From contig DAINRO010000001.1 in NCBI GenBank assembly GCA_036741795.1, positions 1 to 63,352 on the forward strand: DNA of 63,352 nt. The letters are read 5' to 3'. Positions within the stretch are counted from its first letter, which is position 1. Each line of letters opens with the position of its first letter. Origin of the DNA: Chloroflexota bacterium. Its GTDB lineage: Bacteria > Chloroflexota > Dehalococcoidia > SM23-28-2 > RBG-16-64-32. Under the pieces are notes generated by a model. It saw only the letters and a list, made by a program, of their open reading frames with translations. It had not been told where the DNA came from and did not search any database. A program made the position numbers and the translations under genes. Of the stretch, positions 8,609-18,852 are shown one piece after another.

Positions 8609-10042
8609 GTGAGGACAGGCGAGTGCCCGATCAAGTTCGGGACGGATGGTTGGCGTGCGATTATCGCCGACGACTTCACGTTCGACAACGTCGCCGTCTG
8701 CGCACAGGGGACTGCTGAGTACGTCCGAAAGTCAGCCCTCGCGTCGCGAGGCGTCGTGGTTGGCTACGATACTCGGTTCCAGGCTGACGCCTTCGCTCGC
8801 GTCGTCGCCGAGGTCTTGACAGCCAACGACATCCCTGTGCTCCTCTGCGATAGCGCCGCGCCCACGCCGGTGATCGGCCACGCGATCGTGGCGAGAGAAG
8901 CAGCGGGATCGATAGTACTGACGGCGAGCCACAATCCCGCGGCGTACTGCGGATTCAAGGTGCGCACGTCGTACGGCGGCGCCGCGCCGCCTGAGACCCT
9001 CGTGGAGATCGAGGCGAACGCGCAGGCGGCGTGGACGAAGGAGGTGCCCCGGCGCGGCCTGGAAGATGCGCGTTCAAGCGGCCTCATCGAAATGATCGAT
9101 CCACGACCGGCTTACCTGGCGCACCTGGGAACGTTGGTTGACCTGGATGGCTTGCGGAACGCCGGGCTGAAAGTGGTCATCGATCCTATGCACGGCGCGG
9201 GAGCTGGCTATTTGAGCGAGCTTCTGTCAGGCGGCACGAACGAGGTGATGGAGATACGGGGTGAGGTGAACCCGGCGTTTCCGGGGATGCACAACCCGGA
9301 GCCGATTCAGCGCAACCTGGAGGTCACCGTCGATGCAGTGAGGGGGTTGGGTGCTGACGTTGCACTCTGCTCAGACGGTGATGCAGACCGCGTCGGAGTG
9401 ATCGATCATGAAGGTCGATTCGTGACGCAACTCGAGACTTACGCCCTCCTGGCCTATTACCGGTTGGAGGTCTGCGGCGCTCGTGGGGCATTGGTGAAAT
9501 CGGTAACGACGACGACCATGATCAACAAGCTGGGCGACCTGTACGGCGTGCCGGTGCACGAGACGGGGGTGGGGTTCAAGTTCCTGGGCCCGAAGATGAT
9601 GGAGACAGACGCGTTGATCGCGGGGGAGGAGTCTGGTGGGTTCGCGTTCAGGGAGCACCTGCCGGAGCGTGACGGAGTCCTGTCAGGGCTCTACGTGTTC
9701 GACCTGATGGCAAGGAAACGGGTGAGCCTTCCGGAGTTGATCAAGGAGATTCACAGCAAAGTCGGCCCTCATTACTACGACCGGATCGACATCACCATGA
9801 CGGAGGCGGAACGCGACCGAATTGCCGGGCTGCTGCCGTCGTTAGCGCCCGCCGAGATTGCCGGGCTGGCAGTTGAGCGGTGCGATAGGGACGACGGGAT
9901 GCGATTCGTGCTTGAGGATGGGCAGTGGGCCCTAATTCGGTTGTCCGGAACAGAGCCGTTGATGCGTATCTACACAGAGGTACACGAGGAGGAAGGGGTT
10001 CCTTTGGTGCTGGACGCGGTAAGGGAGATGACCGGAGCTTAA
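8609..10042 (+). CDS. phosphomannomutase/phosphoglucomutase
   Basis: 477 aa. Contains KFGTDGWRA, the active-site loop LTASHNPAAYCGFK, the metal loop CSDGDADRVGV and GEESGG. Confidence 0.9.
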   Translation: MRTGECPIKFGTDGWRAIIADDFTFDNVAVCAQGTAEYVRKSALASRGVVVGYDTRFQADAFARVVAEVLTANDIPVLLCDSAAPTPVIGHAIVAREAAGSIVLTASHNPAAYCGFKVRTSYGGAAPPETLVEIEANAQAAWTKEVPRRGLEDARSSGLIEMIDPRPAYLAHLGTLVDLDGLRNAGLKVVIDPMHGAGAGYLSELLSGGTNEVMEIRGEVNPAFPGMHNPEPIQRNLEVTVDAVRGLGADVALCSDGDADRVGVIDHEGRFVTQLETYALLAYYRLEVCGARGALVKSVTTTTMINKLGDLYGVPVHETGVGFKFLGPKMMETDALIAGEESGGFAFREHLPERDGVLSGLYVFDLMARKRVSLPELIKEIHSKVGPHYYDRIDITMTEAERDRIAGLLPSLAPAEIAGLAVERCDRDDGMRFVLEDGQWALIRLSGTEPLMRIYTEVHEEEGVPLVLDAVREMTGA

Positions 10043-10071
10043 CGGCAGGACTTCAGAACGACGAAGTTGAA

Positions 10072-10104
10072 GAAGAGGCACCCGTTGGGCGCCTCTTCTT
10101 TGGT
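10072..10104. terminator. bidirectional intrinsic terminator between convergent PMM gene and rpsI
   Basis: GAAGAGGCaCCCgttGGGcGCCTCTTC hairpin followed by TTTGGTT on the plus strand. It is the first convincing terminator downstream of the SAM riboswitch. Confidence 0.7.
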
Positions 10105-10118
10105 TGCTGCATTAATTC

Positions 10119-10544
10119 CTAGCGCTTGGTGTACTGAGGCGCCTTGCGGGCGCGCTTCAGGCCGACCTTCTTGCGTTCCTTGACGCGCGGGTCGCGTGTC
10201 AGGAAGCCGGCAGCGCGGAGTTCCTTGCGGAGAGACTCGTCGTGCTTTAGAAGGGCTCGGGCGGTGCCGTGGGCGAGAGCGTCTGCCCAGGCGCTGATGC
10301 CGCCGCCCTTGATGAGGGCGACGATGTCGTACTTGGACTGCATGCCGGCGATCTCCAGCGGCTTGCGGATCTTGATCTGGTGGAGGTTACGGCTGAAGAC
10401 GTCAAGGTAAGGTTTTCCGTTGATCTCGATGGTGCCGCCGCCCTCGTAGAGGCGTACTCGGGCGACCGCTTCTTTTCGTCGGCCGGTCCCGAATATGTAC
10501 TTGCCGGGTCGTTGGGCGGGTTTAGTTGTCTCTTCGTCTGCCAT
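10119..10544 (-). CDS. rpsI: 30S ribosomal protein S9
   Basis: 141 aa, ends ...RKAPQYTKR; contains GGGISAWADALAHG. Confidence 0.95.
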   Translation of the reverse strand: MADEETTKPAQRPGKYIFGTGRRKEAVARVRLYEGGGTIEINGKPYLDVFSRNLHQIKIRKPLEIAGMQSKYDIVALIKGGGISAWADALAHGTARALLKHDESLRKELRAAGFLTRDPRVKERKKVGLKRARKAPQYTKR

Positions 10545-11014
10545 TACTTCTGCTCCGAATCGGTGTTGTTCCTGGTCTTGCGCGCCGAGGCGTTCACCTG
10601 GGCTTCGTGCGGATGCTCTGGGCCGGCGTAGACCTTGAGGTGACGCAGGACGTGCCTTGAGAGCTTGTTCCTCGGCAGCATCCCCTTGACGGCCGCTTCG
10701 ATGACACGCTCCGGCTGTTTCTCCATCCGCTCGCGCAGGGTGGCCTCCTTGAGGCCTCCCATATAGCCCGTGTGCCGGTAGTAGATCTTGTCGTCCAACT
10801 TGTTGCCCGTAACGTGGATGCGGGAGGCATTGACAACGATGACGAAGTCGCCCATGTCGAGGTGGGGTGAGTAGGTGGGCTTGTGCTTGCCCATGAGAAG
10901 GATAGCGACATTCGACGCGAGGCGGCCCAGGGTCTGATCCGCGGCGTCAACCACGTGCCATTCCTTCTGGATGTCTCCAGCCTTGAGGCTATATGTCTTC
11001 GTTTGTGTCGTCAT
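10544..11014 (-). CDS. rplM: 50S ribosomal protein L13
   Basis: 156 aa. Contains [18 protein letters not shown] and HTGYMGGLK. Confidence 0.95.
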   Translation of the reverse strand: MTTQTKTYSLKAGDIQKEWHVVDAADQTLGRLASNVAILLMGKHKPTYSPHLDMGDFVIVVNASRIHVTGNKLDDKIYYRHTGYMGGLKEATLRERMEKQPERVIEAAVKGMLPRNKLSRHVLRHLKVYAGPEHPHEAQVNASARKTRNNTDSEQK

Positions 11015-11789
11015 CGAATAACCCGCTTTCGTAGCGAACCTTTGTTAAGCATAACCCTCGCGCTGGTGCTGTGCGGCTTGCTTCTCCGGGTGGAGCCTCT
11101 CTGACCAGCTTTTCGAAGTCGTCGGAGGATATCCTACCTCTTCCCACTTCGACCAATGTTCCGACAATCCTCCGCACCATGTGCATGAGGAAAGCGTTGG
11201 CTTCGATATCAAATATCGCCAGCCCGTTCCGGTCGTCCCAGGATGCCCTGTTTACGCAACGAGTGGTCACGTTGTCGCGGGCGATGCTTGGCCGGGTGAA
11301 GGCGGCGAAGTCGTGAAGGCCGATGAGGGAAGAGGTCACGGATTTCATCGATTCGAGATCGACGCCGTCGCGCAGGTGCCAGACATGGTTCCGGAGAAGA
11401 GCCGGACGCGCCTTCCGCAGGTCGATCGTGTACCGGTACCGCCGGGAGGTGGCCTGGCGGCGCGGATCGAAGTCGATCGGCGTTTCGGTTGCGGCCCGGA
11501 TGGTTATGTCGCCCGGGAGGAGCGCATTTCCACCGCCGGCGATCTTTGCCGGTGTGAATCTACTGCATGTCCGGAACGACGCCACCTGGCCGCTGGCGTG
11601 CACACCAGCGTCGGTGCGGCCCGCCATGGACACCCGTATAGGTTCGCTTGTTAATCTGCCTAAGGCGCGCTCCAGCGTGCCCTGCACCGTCGGTGCGTTC
11701 TTCTGGTACTGGGAGCCTCCGTATGCCGTCCCGTCGTACTCGAGGAGCAGGGCGAGGCGGCGAGCGGAAGCGTCCGCATTCCCATTCAA
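10989..11789 (-). CDS. truA: tRNA pseudouridine(38-40) synthase
   Basis: 266 aa. Contains [16 protein letters not shown] and [13 protein letters not shown] (catalytic Asp motif). Confidence 0.9.
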   Translation of the reverse strand: MNGNADASARRLALLLEYDGTAYGGSQYQKNAPTVQGTLERALGRLTSEPIRVSMAGRTDAGVHASGQVASFRTCSRFTPAKIAGGGNALLPGDITIRAATETPIDFDPRRQATSRRYRYTIDLRKARPALLRNHVWHLRDGVDLESMKSVTSSLIGLHDFAAFTRPSIARDNVTTRCVNRASWDDRNGLAIFDIEANAFLMHMVRRIVGTLVEVGRGRISSDDFEKLVREAPPGEASRTAPARGLCLTKVRYESGLFDDDTNEDI

Positions 11790-11825
11790 TGTGAGGTCAG
11801 GAGATCACCGTGGAGGTGGTCCCCG

Positions 11826-12188
11826 TCAGGATGCCTCCTCCACGAGTTCCAGCTGCGCCATGCGGGCGCCGTCGCCGCTGCGAGGCTCCAGCTTGACCAG
11901 CCGTGTGTAGCCGCCGGGACGTGAGGAGTAGCGCTGGCCAAGGTCGTCAAAAACCTTCTCTACTATCTTCTTGTCGTAGATGAAGCCGAGCGCCCTGCGC
12001 CGGGCGTGGAGGTCCCCGCGCTTGCCCAGTGTGATCATCCTTTCGGCGAAGATCCGGGCTTCCCGGGCCTTCGCTTCGGTCGTGATGATCCGCTCGTAGC
12101 GAAGTAGGTCCGTAACGAGGTTGCGATAGAGGGCCATACGGTGGTCAGTCGGTCGACTGAGCTTGCGGCCCGAGATTCTGTGAGCCAA
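11826..12188 (-). CDS. rplQ: 50S ribosomal protein L17
   Basis: 120 aa, [24 protein letters not shown]... Confidence 0.95.
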   Translation of the reverse strand: MAHRISGRKLSRPTDHRMALYRNLVTDLLRYERIITTEAKAREARIFAERMITLGKRGDLHARRRALGFIYDKKIVEKVFDDLGQRYSSRPGGYTRLVKLEPRSGDGARMAQLELVEEAS

Positions 12189-12190
12189 GG

Positions 12191-13426
12191 TTATTCGTCC
12201 TCCTCGCGGGTCAGTTCAAGGAGCTGTCGCTTCCACTCGGGGATCTCTTCGCCGTCTTCGTCTTCGGTCGCCGCGCTGGCCTTCTTCGATCGGCGGCCGA
12301 CGGGCACGGGCTCGATGGTAACGTCATCACCGCCGAGGTCATCGAGGTCTGCAGTTGCACGCTTGGTGGTTCGGCGGATGGGGGTCTCGTTTTCGTCGAG
12401 CGGTAGTGCGGGGGGAAGGTCTTCGAGGTCGTCACCACGACCGACATCCGCCGAGAGGAGGCCCATCTCGTCCAGGCGTTCGCGGAGTTCGTCGTAGGAC
12501 TTGCGCCCGAAGTTGCGGAGGGCGAGGAGCTCTTCTTCGCTCTTCTCTAGCACCTGGCCAACGGTCATGAGGCCGCTGCGGCGGAGGCAGTTGTAAGCGC
12601 GCATCGAGAGGTTGAGATCCTCGATGGGCATCGTGTACTTGTCCGGCGAGAGTTGAATCCCGGCGCCGAGACCTCGTTCCACGGTGGGCATCGTTGGTCG
12701 GCCCATGTGGGAGAAGAGGTTGAATTGGTCGATCAGGACTTCGGCGCTCTTGCTGACAGCCTCAACGGCGCTCATCGTGCCGTCTGTCCAGACTTCCATG
12801 GTTAGCTTGTCGTAGTTGGTGGCCTGGCCGACGCGCGTGTGCTCGATGCGGTAGTTGACCTTGCGAACGGGCGAATAGATGGCGTCAACGGGAATGACAC
12901 CGATGGTCGTACCGTCCACCTGGCCTGCCGGTTCGTAACCGCGACCCAAGTCCACGTTGAATTCAACGTAAAGGCGGGCGCTCTTCGCATCGAGGCTGGC
13001 GAGGTAGAGATCGGGGTTAACGATCTCGTAGTGCTCGGGCACCTGGATATCAGCGGCAACAATCGGGCCCGTCCGGCCCGTGACGTCGAGGACCAAGGTG
13101 CCGGGCCGGTCCGAAAGGGCGCGCAGACGAAGCTCCTTGACGTTGAGGAGGAATTCGATAGTGTCCTCCTTGACGTGCGGGATTGTCGAGAATTCGTGCT
13201 GGACCGCGTCTATCCGGACCGACTTAACAGCGGCGCCGGGAAGGGAGCTGAGGAGAACGCGCCGCAGAGCGTTGCCGAGGGTGATGCCGAATCCCGGCGG
13301 GAGCGGTGTGGCGATGATTCGCGCGTAACCGTCCGCAACCTCGTCAATCTCGATCTGGGGCTCATCGGAGGGCTGCGAGACGAGCGTCTCGATCCCCCTG
13401 TACAGTTGGGGTTCTAGCATTTCCAC
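12191..13426 (-). CDS. rpoA: DNA-directed RNA polymerase subunit alpha, with ~86-aa C-terminal extension
   Basis: 411 aa. NTD ([12 protein letters not shown]) and CTD ([21 protein letters not shown]...[10 protein letters not shown]) are recognisable, followed by an extra acidic tail. Confidence 0.95.
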   Translation of the reverse strand: MEMLEPQLYRGIETLVSQPSDEPQIEIDEVADGYARIIATPLPPGFGITLGNALRRVLLSSLPGAAVKSVRIDAVQHEFSTIPHVKEDTIEFLLNVKELRLRALSDRPGTLVLDVTGRTGPIVAADIQVPEHYEIVNPDLYLASLDAKSARLYVEFNVDLGRGYEPAGQVDGTTIGVIPVDAIYSPVRKVNYRIEHTRVGQATNYDKLTMEVWTDGTMSAVEAVSKSAEVLIDQFNLFSHMGRPTMPTVERGLGAGIQLSPDKYTMPIEDLNLSMRAYNCLRRSGLMTVGQVLEKSEEELLALRNFGRKSYDELRERLDEMGLLSADVGRGDDLEDLPPALPLDENETPIRRTTKRATADLDDLGGDDVTIEPVPVGRRSKKASAATEDEDGEEIPEWKRQLLELTREEDE

Positions 13427-13428
13427 CT

Positions 13429-14052
13429 CTACCGCGAGTAGTACTCGACGATGGTTGCCGCGTTAAAGTGAGCGCCGATCTCATCGATCTCAGGCAGCTG
13501 TTCAACGCGGCCATTCATTGCGTTGGCATCCCGGACGAGCCAGGACGGGAGTGATTTACTTCCTACGTTTTCACTGACGATTGCGTGATAGGTGCTGCGC
13601 TTGCCGCGAGTCGTCCAATCGACGGAGTCGCCGATCTTGAGGATGCGGGAAGGGATCGTGGTGCGGCGCCCGTTCACGCTGAGCAACCCGTGCGAGACGA
13701 GCTGGCGAGCCTGCTGGCGGGAGTCGGCGAAGCCCAGCCGATAGACGACGTTATCCATGCGCAGCTCAAGCGTGCGCAGGAGCGTATCGCCGGTGACACC
13801 TGGACGTCGCACCGCCTCCTCATAGTACTTGCGGAACTGGGACTCCAGGACGCCATAGACGGCGCGGGCCTTCTGCTTCTCGCGCCACTGGAGGCCTCGG
13901 TCGGATACCTTTCGGCGACGCGTCTGACGCGGTCCCGGCGGGTATGGGCGCTTGTCGAACGTGCACTTGCTGAAGCACTTTTCGCCCTTAAGGTAAAGCT
14001 TCTCACCCAGCCGGCGGCAAAGCCGGCAGCGAGCGTCGGTGTATCGGGCCAT
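13429..14052 (-). CDS. rpsD: 30S ribosomal protein S4
   Basis: 207 aa, [26 protein letters not shown]... Confidence 0.95.
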   Translation of the reverse strand: MARYTDARCRLCRRLGEKLYLKGEKCFSKCTFDKRPYPPGPRQTRRRKVSDRGLQWREKQKARAVYGVLESQFRKYYEEAVRRPGVTGDTLLRTLELRMDNVVYRLGFADSRQQARQLVSHGLLSVNGRRTTIPSRILKIGDSVDWTTRGKRSTYHAIVSENVGSKSLPSWLVRDANAMNGRVEQLPEIDEIGAHFNAATIVEYYSR

Positions 14053-14441
14053 TAGACTCGCCTCCGCTTGGGCGGGCGGCAGCCGTTGTGTGGTATGGGT
14101 GTGACGTCGCGGATGCTTGTGACCATTAGGCCAGCAGACTGTAGGGACCGGATAGCGGCTTCTCGGCCGCTGCCGGGACCCTTTACACGTACCTCGATCT
14201 GACGGAGGCCGTGATCCATGGCCTTGCGGGCCGCAGTCTCGGCGGCCAGGCCAGCGGCGTAGGGCGTGCTCTTGCGCGAGCCCTTGAATCCGGCCGTGCC
14301 GGCGGAGGCCCAGGAAAGCACAGCCCCGGTGGGGTCAGTAAGGGTAATCACCGTGTTATTGAAGGTGGAGGTGATGAACGCCTTCCCAACGGGGACGTTC
14401 TTCTTTTCCCTCCGCCTTGTGCGGGGTTTACGTTCCGCCAT
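14052..14441 (-). CDS. rpsK: 30S ribosomal protein S11
   Basis: 129 aa. Contains [23 protein letters not shown] and [13 protein letters not shown]. Confidence 0.95.
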   Translation of the reverse strand: MAERKPRTRRREKKNVPVGKAFITSTFNNTVITLTDPTGAVLSWASAGTAGFKGSRKSTPYAAGLAAETAARKAMDHGLRQIEVRVKGPGSGREAAIRSLQSAGLMVTSIRDVTPIPHNGCRPPKRRRV

Positions 14442-14453
14442 TTACCTCAGTCC

Positions 14454-14837
14454 TTACTTCTTGGCCGCCGCGCGCCGCCTGCCGGCAACAGTGCGCCTGG
14501 CGCCGCGCTTGGTCCTTGCGTTAGTCTTCGTTCGTTGTCCGCGAAGGGGCAGGCCGCGCCGGTGGCGGATTCCGCGGTAACTGCTGATCTCGATCAGCCG
14601 CTGGATGTCCTGGCGCACCTGCTTTCGCAACTCTCCTTCGACAGTATGGTTCTTGTCTATGAGATCCCTGATGCGGTTGACCTCTTCATCGGTCAGGTCA
14701 CGCGTCTTGGTCTCCCGGTTTACCCCGGCCTGATCCAGGATCTTGATGGACGTGGGGCGACCGATTCCGAAGATGTAACCGAGAGAAACCTCGATATTCT
14801 TGTCGCGTGGAATGTCCACACCCGCTATACGGGCCAT
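14454..14837 (-). CDS. rpsM: 30S ribosomal protein S13
   Basis: 127 aa, [13 protein letters not shown]...[24 protein letters not shown]. Confidence 0.95.
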   Translation of the reverse strand: MARIAGVDIPRDKNIEVSLGYIFGIGRPTSIKILDQAGVNRETKTRDLTDEEVNRIRDLIDKNHTVEGELRKQVRQDIQRLIEISSYRGIRHRRGLPLRGQRTKTNARTKRGARRTVAGRRRAAAKK

Positions 14838-14846
14838 ATGCGCCTC

Positions 14847-14960
14847 CTACCCCTGCCTCTGTTTGTGGCGGGGGTTTGAGCAGATGATTCGTACGATGCC
14901 TTCACGGCGAACGATCTTGCATTTTTCGCAGCGTTTCTTGACGGATGCTTGTACTTTCAT
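14847..14960 (-). CDS. rpmJ: 50S ribosomal protein L36 (Zn-binding CCCH form)
   Basis: Too short for the ORF track. My translation gives [37 protein letters not shown], 37 aa, in the expected slot between infA and rpsM. Confidence 0.9.
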   Translation of the reverse strand: MKVQASVKKRCEKCKIVRREGIVRIICSNPRHKQRQG

Positions 14961-14964
14961 CGAT

Positions 14965-15183
14965 TTACCTGAAACGGTAGGTGATCCGGCCCCGGCTGAG
15001 GTCATAGGGGGACAGTTCAACAAGGACTCTGTCTCCCGGGAGAATGCGGATGAAGTGCATCCTGATCTTGCCAGACGCGTGGGCGAGCACTTTGTGCCCG
15101 TTAGCCAATTCTACACGAAACATCGCGTTGGGCAAATTTTCCTTAACGGTGCCCTCCACCTCGATATTGTCTTTCTTTGCCAT
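14965..15183 (-). CDS. infA: translation initiation factor IF-1
   Basis: 72 aa, [41 protein letters not shown]... Confidence 0.95.
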   Translation of the reverse strand: MAKKDNIEVEGTVKENLPNAMFRVELANGHKVLAHASGKIRMHFIRILPGDRVLVELSPYDLSRGRITYRFR

Positions 15184-15255
15184 TCAGGGCCGGGGCCATC
15201 TCCTCCTTCGCACGGAACGTTGCCCGAAGAATCGATTTTACGTGAACGTGAGGTC

Positions 15256-16011
15256 TTACGGCAACGTGAGGACCTGTGCCGTGCCCTCGGTTATTGCCAG
15301 GGTGTGCTCAAAATGGGCTGAAAGTGAGCCATCAAGTGTACGAATGGTCCAGTCGTCATCGTCTTTTCGTGTCCGCCAGGTGCCGGCGTTGACCATGGGT
15401 TCGATGGCAATGACCATGCCGGGCCGGAGAGTCGTGCCGGTGCCGGGATTGCCGTAATTGGGGATTTGAGGGTCTTCGTGCATCTGGCGACCGACGCCAT
15501 GGCCGACGTACTCCCTGACGATCGCGAATCCTTCACCTTCGACGTATGCCTGGACCGCGTGGCCTATGTCGCCGACGCGTGCGCCGCCGCGGGCGGCCTC
15601 AATGCCTCGCCGCAGTGACTCCTCGCAGACATCGATGAGCCTCTGCTTCTCGGCTGAAACGTCGCCCACGCCCACTGTGAGGGCGCTATCGGCAACGAAA
15701 CCCTTATAGGTGCAGCCGAGGTCAATGCTGACGACGTCCCCATCGTTGATCTCGCGTTTACCGGGAATTCCGTGAACGATCTCGTCGTTAATTGATACGC
15801 AGACCGTGGCGGGATAAGGGGGATTGCCATAGCCGAGGAACGTCGGAATTATGTTCCGTTTCTTAAACTCGCGGCGCACGATCTCGTCCAGTTCCACTTC
15901 AACAAGGCCGGGGCGTAATGCATCGCGGAGGATCTGGAGGACCTCGGCGACGTGGCGGCCGGCTTCTCGCATGATCGAGATTTCGTCGCGGGACTTAACT
16001 ACGATCGGCAT
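15256..16011 (-). CDS. map: type I methionine aminopeptidase
   Basis: 251 aa. Metal ligands lie in the DVVSIDLG, GHGVG and FAIEPM-type contexts (VIAIEPMV, FEHT). Confidence 0.93.
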   Translation of the reverse strand: MPIVVKSRDEISIMREAGRHVAEVLQILRDALRPGLVEVELDEIVRREFKKRNIIPTFLGYGNPPYPATVCVSINDEIVHGIPGKREINDGDVVSIDLGCTYKGFVADSALTVGVGDVSAEKQRLIDVCEESLRRGIEAARGGARVGDIGHAVQAYVEGEGFAIVREYVGHGVGRQMHEDPQIPNYGNPGTGTTLRPGMVIAIEPMVNAGTWRTRKDDDDWTIRTLDGSLSAHFEHTLAITEGTAQVLTLP

Positions 16012-16019
16012 ATCAGTTC

Positions 16020-16685
16020 CTAGGCGACCGCCGCATCGGCGTCGTCGCCGAAAATGAGATGCCTCAGGTCCTGATGGACTTGTTCCGGATCGCGGTCGCC
16101 ATCGATCTCCAGCAGTTTATCCTGGCGGCGGTAGTGGTCGAGGAGCGGCCGGAGGTTCTTGAGATTGACCTCGAGACGGTTCCGGACAACATCGGGACTA
16201 TCGTCGGCACGCTGTGCGAGCGCTGTTCCGCAGTTGTCGCAAATGCCAGCGACCTTCGGGGGTTGGTTGGTTTCGTGGTAGACTGTCGCGCAATTCGGGC
16301 AGTTCCAGCGGCCCGCGAGCCGCTTCACAAGCTCCTCTTCGTCCACCTTGAAGTAGATGGCCTGATCGATGGCCTTGCCCTCGGAGGTCAACGCCTCATC
16401 CAGGGCCACAGCCTGTTGAAGGTTGCGCGGGTAGCCGTCGAAGAGGCAGCCATTGGCTGTATCCGGTTGACGCAGGCGGTCGAGAAGCATGCCGATTGTA
16501 AGTTCGTTGGGGACCAGGTCGCCGCGGTCATAGAAGGGTTGTGCTTGTTTGCCCAGTTCTGTGCCCTGGCGGATGTTCTCGCGGAACAGTTCACCGGTGG
16601 TAATGTGGACGAGGCCGCCTTCCTTTAGACGCTGGGCCTGCGTGCCCTTGCCAGCGCCAGGCAGGCCGAGTAGTACGACGTTCAC
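16020..16685 (-). CDS. adk: adenylate kinase (Zn-lid CxxC...CxxC type)
   Basis: 221 aa. Contains LLGLPGAGKGTQA and the lid CPNCATVYH...CDNCG. Confidence 0.94.
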   Translation of the reverse strand: MNVVLLGLPGAGKGTQAQRLKEGGLVHITTGELFRENIRQGTELGKQAQPFYDRGDLVPNELTIGMLLDRLRQPDTANGCLFDGYPRNLQQAVALDEALTSEGKAIDQAIYFKVDEEELVKRLAGRWNCPNCATVYHETNQPPKVAGICDNCGTALAQRADDSPDVVRNRLEVNLKNLRPLLDHYRRQDKLLEIDGDRDPEQVHQDLRHLIFGDDADAAVA

Positions 16686-16695
16686 GAAGCTCGGA

Positions 16696-18072
16696 CTACC
16701 TGATGAAGCCTTCGTACTGCCGCATTAGCAACTGGGCTTCGATCTGGCGCATGGTATCGAGCACGACGCCGACCACGATGATGAGTCCACTGGCAGCGAT
16801 GCCAAACGTCGTTGCACGACCGCCACCGCCCGTGATGTCCTCGATCCCGACGAGGGACTGGAACACATACGGCGCAACGGCCACAGTGCCCAGGAAGAAG
16901 GCTCCACCCCAGGTGATGCGGATGAGGACGCGGTTGATGTACTGCTCCGTTGGGCGACCTGGACGGATGCCGGGGATAAAGCCGCCCTGACGCTGGAGGT
17001 TCTCGGAGAGGTTCTGCTGTTGGAACACAATCATGGTGTAGAAGAACGTGAACACCATCACTGTGAAGAACACGAACAGCCAGTAGCCGATGTTCGCGGG
17101 ATCGAAGATGTTCTGCATCCAATCGCCGATGTCGGCGATCAAGTCGTTGCTGGAAGCGGACATGATCTGTCCGACGAAGGCAGGGAAGATGATGATCGAG
17201 AAGGCGAAGATCAGAGGAATCATGCCCGCTGTGTTGACCTTGAGCGGGATATGGGTCGCCCCTGATTGCCTGTACATACGGCCGGATCTGAATACGCTGC
17301 GCGAGTACTGAACAGGGATTCGCCGCTGCGCCTCCTGGAAGTAGACGATGAACGCGACCATCCCGACGATGAAGCCTCCGAGGAGTAGCGTCGTCGAGAT
17401 GCTGGCGCCTATGCCCTCGTAGAGGCGACCACCGATAAGCTGAGGCAAGCCGGCGACGATACCGGCAAAGATGATGATGGAGATCCCGTTTCCGATGCCC
17501 TTTTCGCTGATGAGTTCACCGATCCAAACGAGGAACATGGTCCCGGCGGTCATCGTGATGACAGCGGAGAACGTGGGAAGCGCGTTGGGGCCGGTTAGCT
17601 CGATACCGCTGATGCCGCCCTGACTCTGGACGATGATGAGCTGGCCGTAGCCCTGGACGAAGGCCATGGGGACGGTCATCCAGTGCGTGTAGATGTTGAT
17701 CTGCTTGCGCCCGGATTCACCTTCCTTGGATAGCGCCTGCAGCGTGGGAACCAACGGCACCATAAGCTGCATAACGATCGATGCGGTGATGTACGGATAG
17801 ACGCCCATCGCCGCGACGCTCATGTTGCTGAGGGCGCCGCCACTGAAGATGTTCAGGAAGCCCAAAACGGTACTCTGCTCGAAAAGTGCCTCCAATGCCT
17901 CCGGATTGATGCCGGGAACGGGAAGGTTCGCCACGAACCGGAAAATCACGAGCATGGCGAACGTGAAGAGCAGTTTCTGACGGATGTCCGGCTGGGACAG
18001 GGATGCCGCAGCCGCTTGGAGAAGCTGCGGGGGCTGGCGTTGTTGGGACTGAGCCCTACTCGCTGTCGCCAT
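16696..18072 (-). CDS. secY: preprotein translocase subunit SecY
   Basis: 458 aa, multi-TM, with SecY motifs (LGFLNIFSGGAL, GIGNGISIIIFAGI). The start overlaps the rplO tail by 17 nt, so the exact start is uncertain. Confidence 0.92.
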   Translation of the reverse strand: MATASRAQSQQRQPPQLLQAAAASLSQPDIRQKLLFTFAMLVIFRFVANLPVPGINPEALEALFEQSTVLGFLNIFSGGALSNMSVAAMGVYPYITASIVMQLMVPLVPTLQALSKEGESGRKQINIYTHWMTVPMAFVQGYGQLIIVQSQGGISGIELTGPNALPTFSAVITMTAGTMFLVWIGELISEKGIGNGISIIIFAGIVAGLPQLIGGRLYEGIGASISTTLLLGGFIVGMVAFIVYFQEAQRRIPVQYSRSVFRSGRMYRQSGATHIPLKVNTAGMIPLIFAFSIIIFPAFVGQIMSASSNDLIADIGDWMQNIFDPANIGYWLFVFFTVMVFTFFYTMIVFQQQNLSENLQRQGGFIPGIRPGRPTEQYINRVLIRITWGGAFFLGTVAVAPYVFQSLVGIEDITGGGGRATTFGIAASGLIIVVGVVLDTMRQIEAQLLMRQYEGFIR

Positions 18073-18661
18073 CGGTCTCAGTTTCGGCTTCTGACGCGGG
18101 CTCTTCGGCCTCGGACTTGGTCTCTGGTGCCTCGGATTCGGACTCGCCAGTGTCGGCGGCCTTGGCCTTGGTCTTCTTCACCTTCCTCTTCTTCTCGGTC
18201 TTGACGACGTCTGCGATGAGAGCTGTGGCGGAGCCGCCAGCGGCCTCGATCTTCTCGCGTGCTGACTTTGAGAACTTGTGGGCGGTGACGTTCAGTTTCT
18301 TGGTGATGTCGCCTGTACCGAGCACCTTTACGGGGATGCGAAGGGTGCTGACTAGACCCACTTCCTTCAGGATCTCGGGGGTCACTTCCGCGCCATCATC
18401 GAAACGATCGTCGAGGGTGCGGAGGTTGATAGGGGTGAATTCGACCCGAAAGCGGTTTGTGAATCCGCGCTTTCGAGGCAGGCGGCGCATAAGCTCCGTC
18501 TGGCCACCCTCGAAGAACCGGCGTGGCTTGCGGCCGGCGCGGGACTTCTGGCCCTTGAGGCCGCGCGTGGAATAGGTGCCGTGGCCGCTGGCGTTACCGC
18601 GGCCGACGCGCTTACGGGCGTGTTTAGCCCCTTTTGGAGGCTTGAGATCGTGGGCTTGCAT
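18056..18661 (-). CDS. rplO: 50S ribosomal protein L15, with ~50-aa basic-then-acidic C-terminal tail
   Basis: 201 aa. N-terminus KRVGRGNASGHGTYSTRGLKGQKSR. Confidence 0.93.
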   Translation of the reverse strand: MQAHDLKPPKGAKHARKRVGRGNASGHGTYSTRGLKGQKSRAGRKPRRFFEGGQTELMRRLPRKRGFTNRFRVEFTPINLRTLDDRFDDGAEVTPEILKEVGLVSTLRIPVKVLGTGDITKKLNVTAHKFSKSAREKIEAAGGSATALIADVVKTEKKRKVKKTKAKAADTGESESEAPETKSEAEEPASEAETETDGDSE

Positions 18662-18852
18662 CAGTCGTGGGTGTCCTCGGTGACTTCGACGAGGTGGCGG
18701 ACTGTATTGATCATACCACGCACAGCACGGTTATCCGGCTGCTCGACACTGTGGCCGAGCCGCTTCAAGCCGAGCGCCTGGATGGTCCGCTTTTGGTTTT
18801 CCCGGTAGCCAATGGCGCTCTTTCGCCAGGTGATGGTGAGCTTATCGGCCAA
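18661..18852 (-). CDS. rpmD: 50S ribosomal protein L30
   Basis: Track ORF 18661-19026 trimmed to TTG at 18852-18850 with AGGAGG 6 nt upstream: (M)[40 protein letters not shown]... Confidence 0.85.
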   Translation of the reverse strand: MADKLTITWRKSAIGYRENQKRTIQALGLKRLGHSVEQPDNRAVRGMINTVRHLVEVTEDTHD

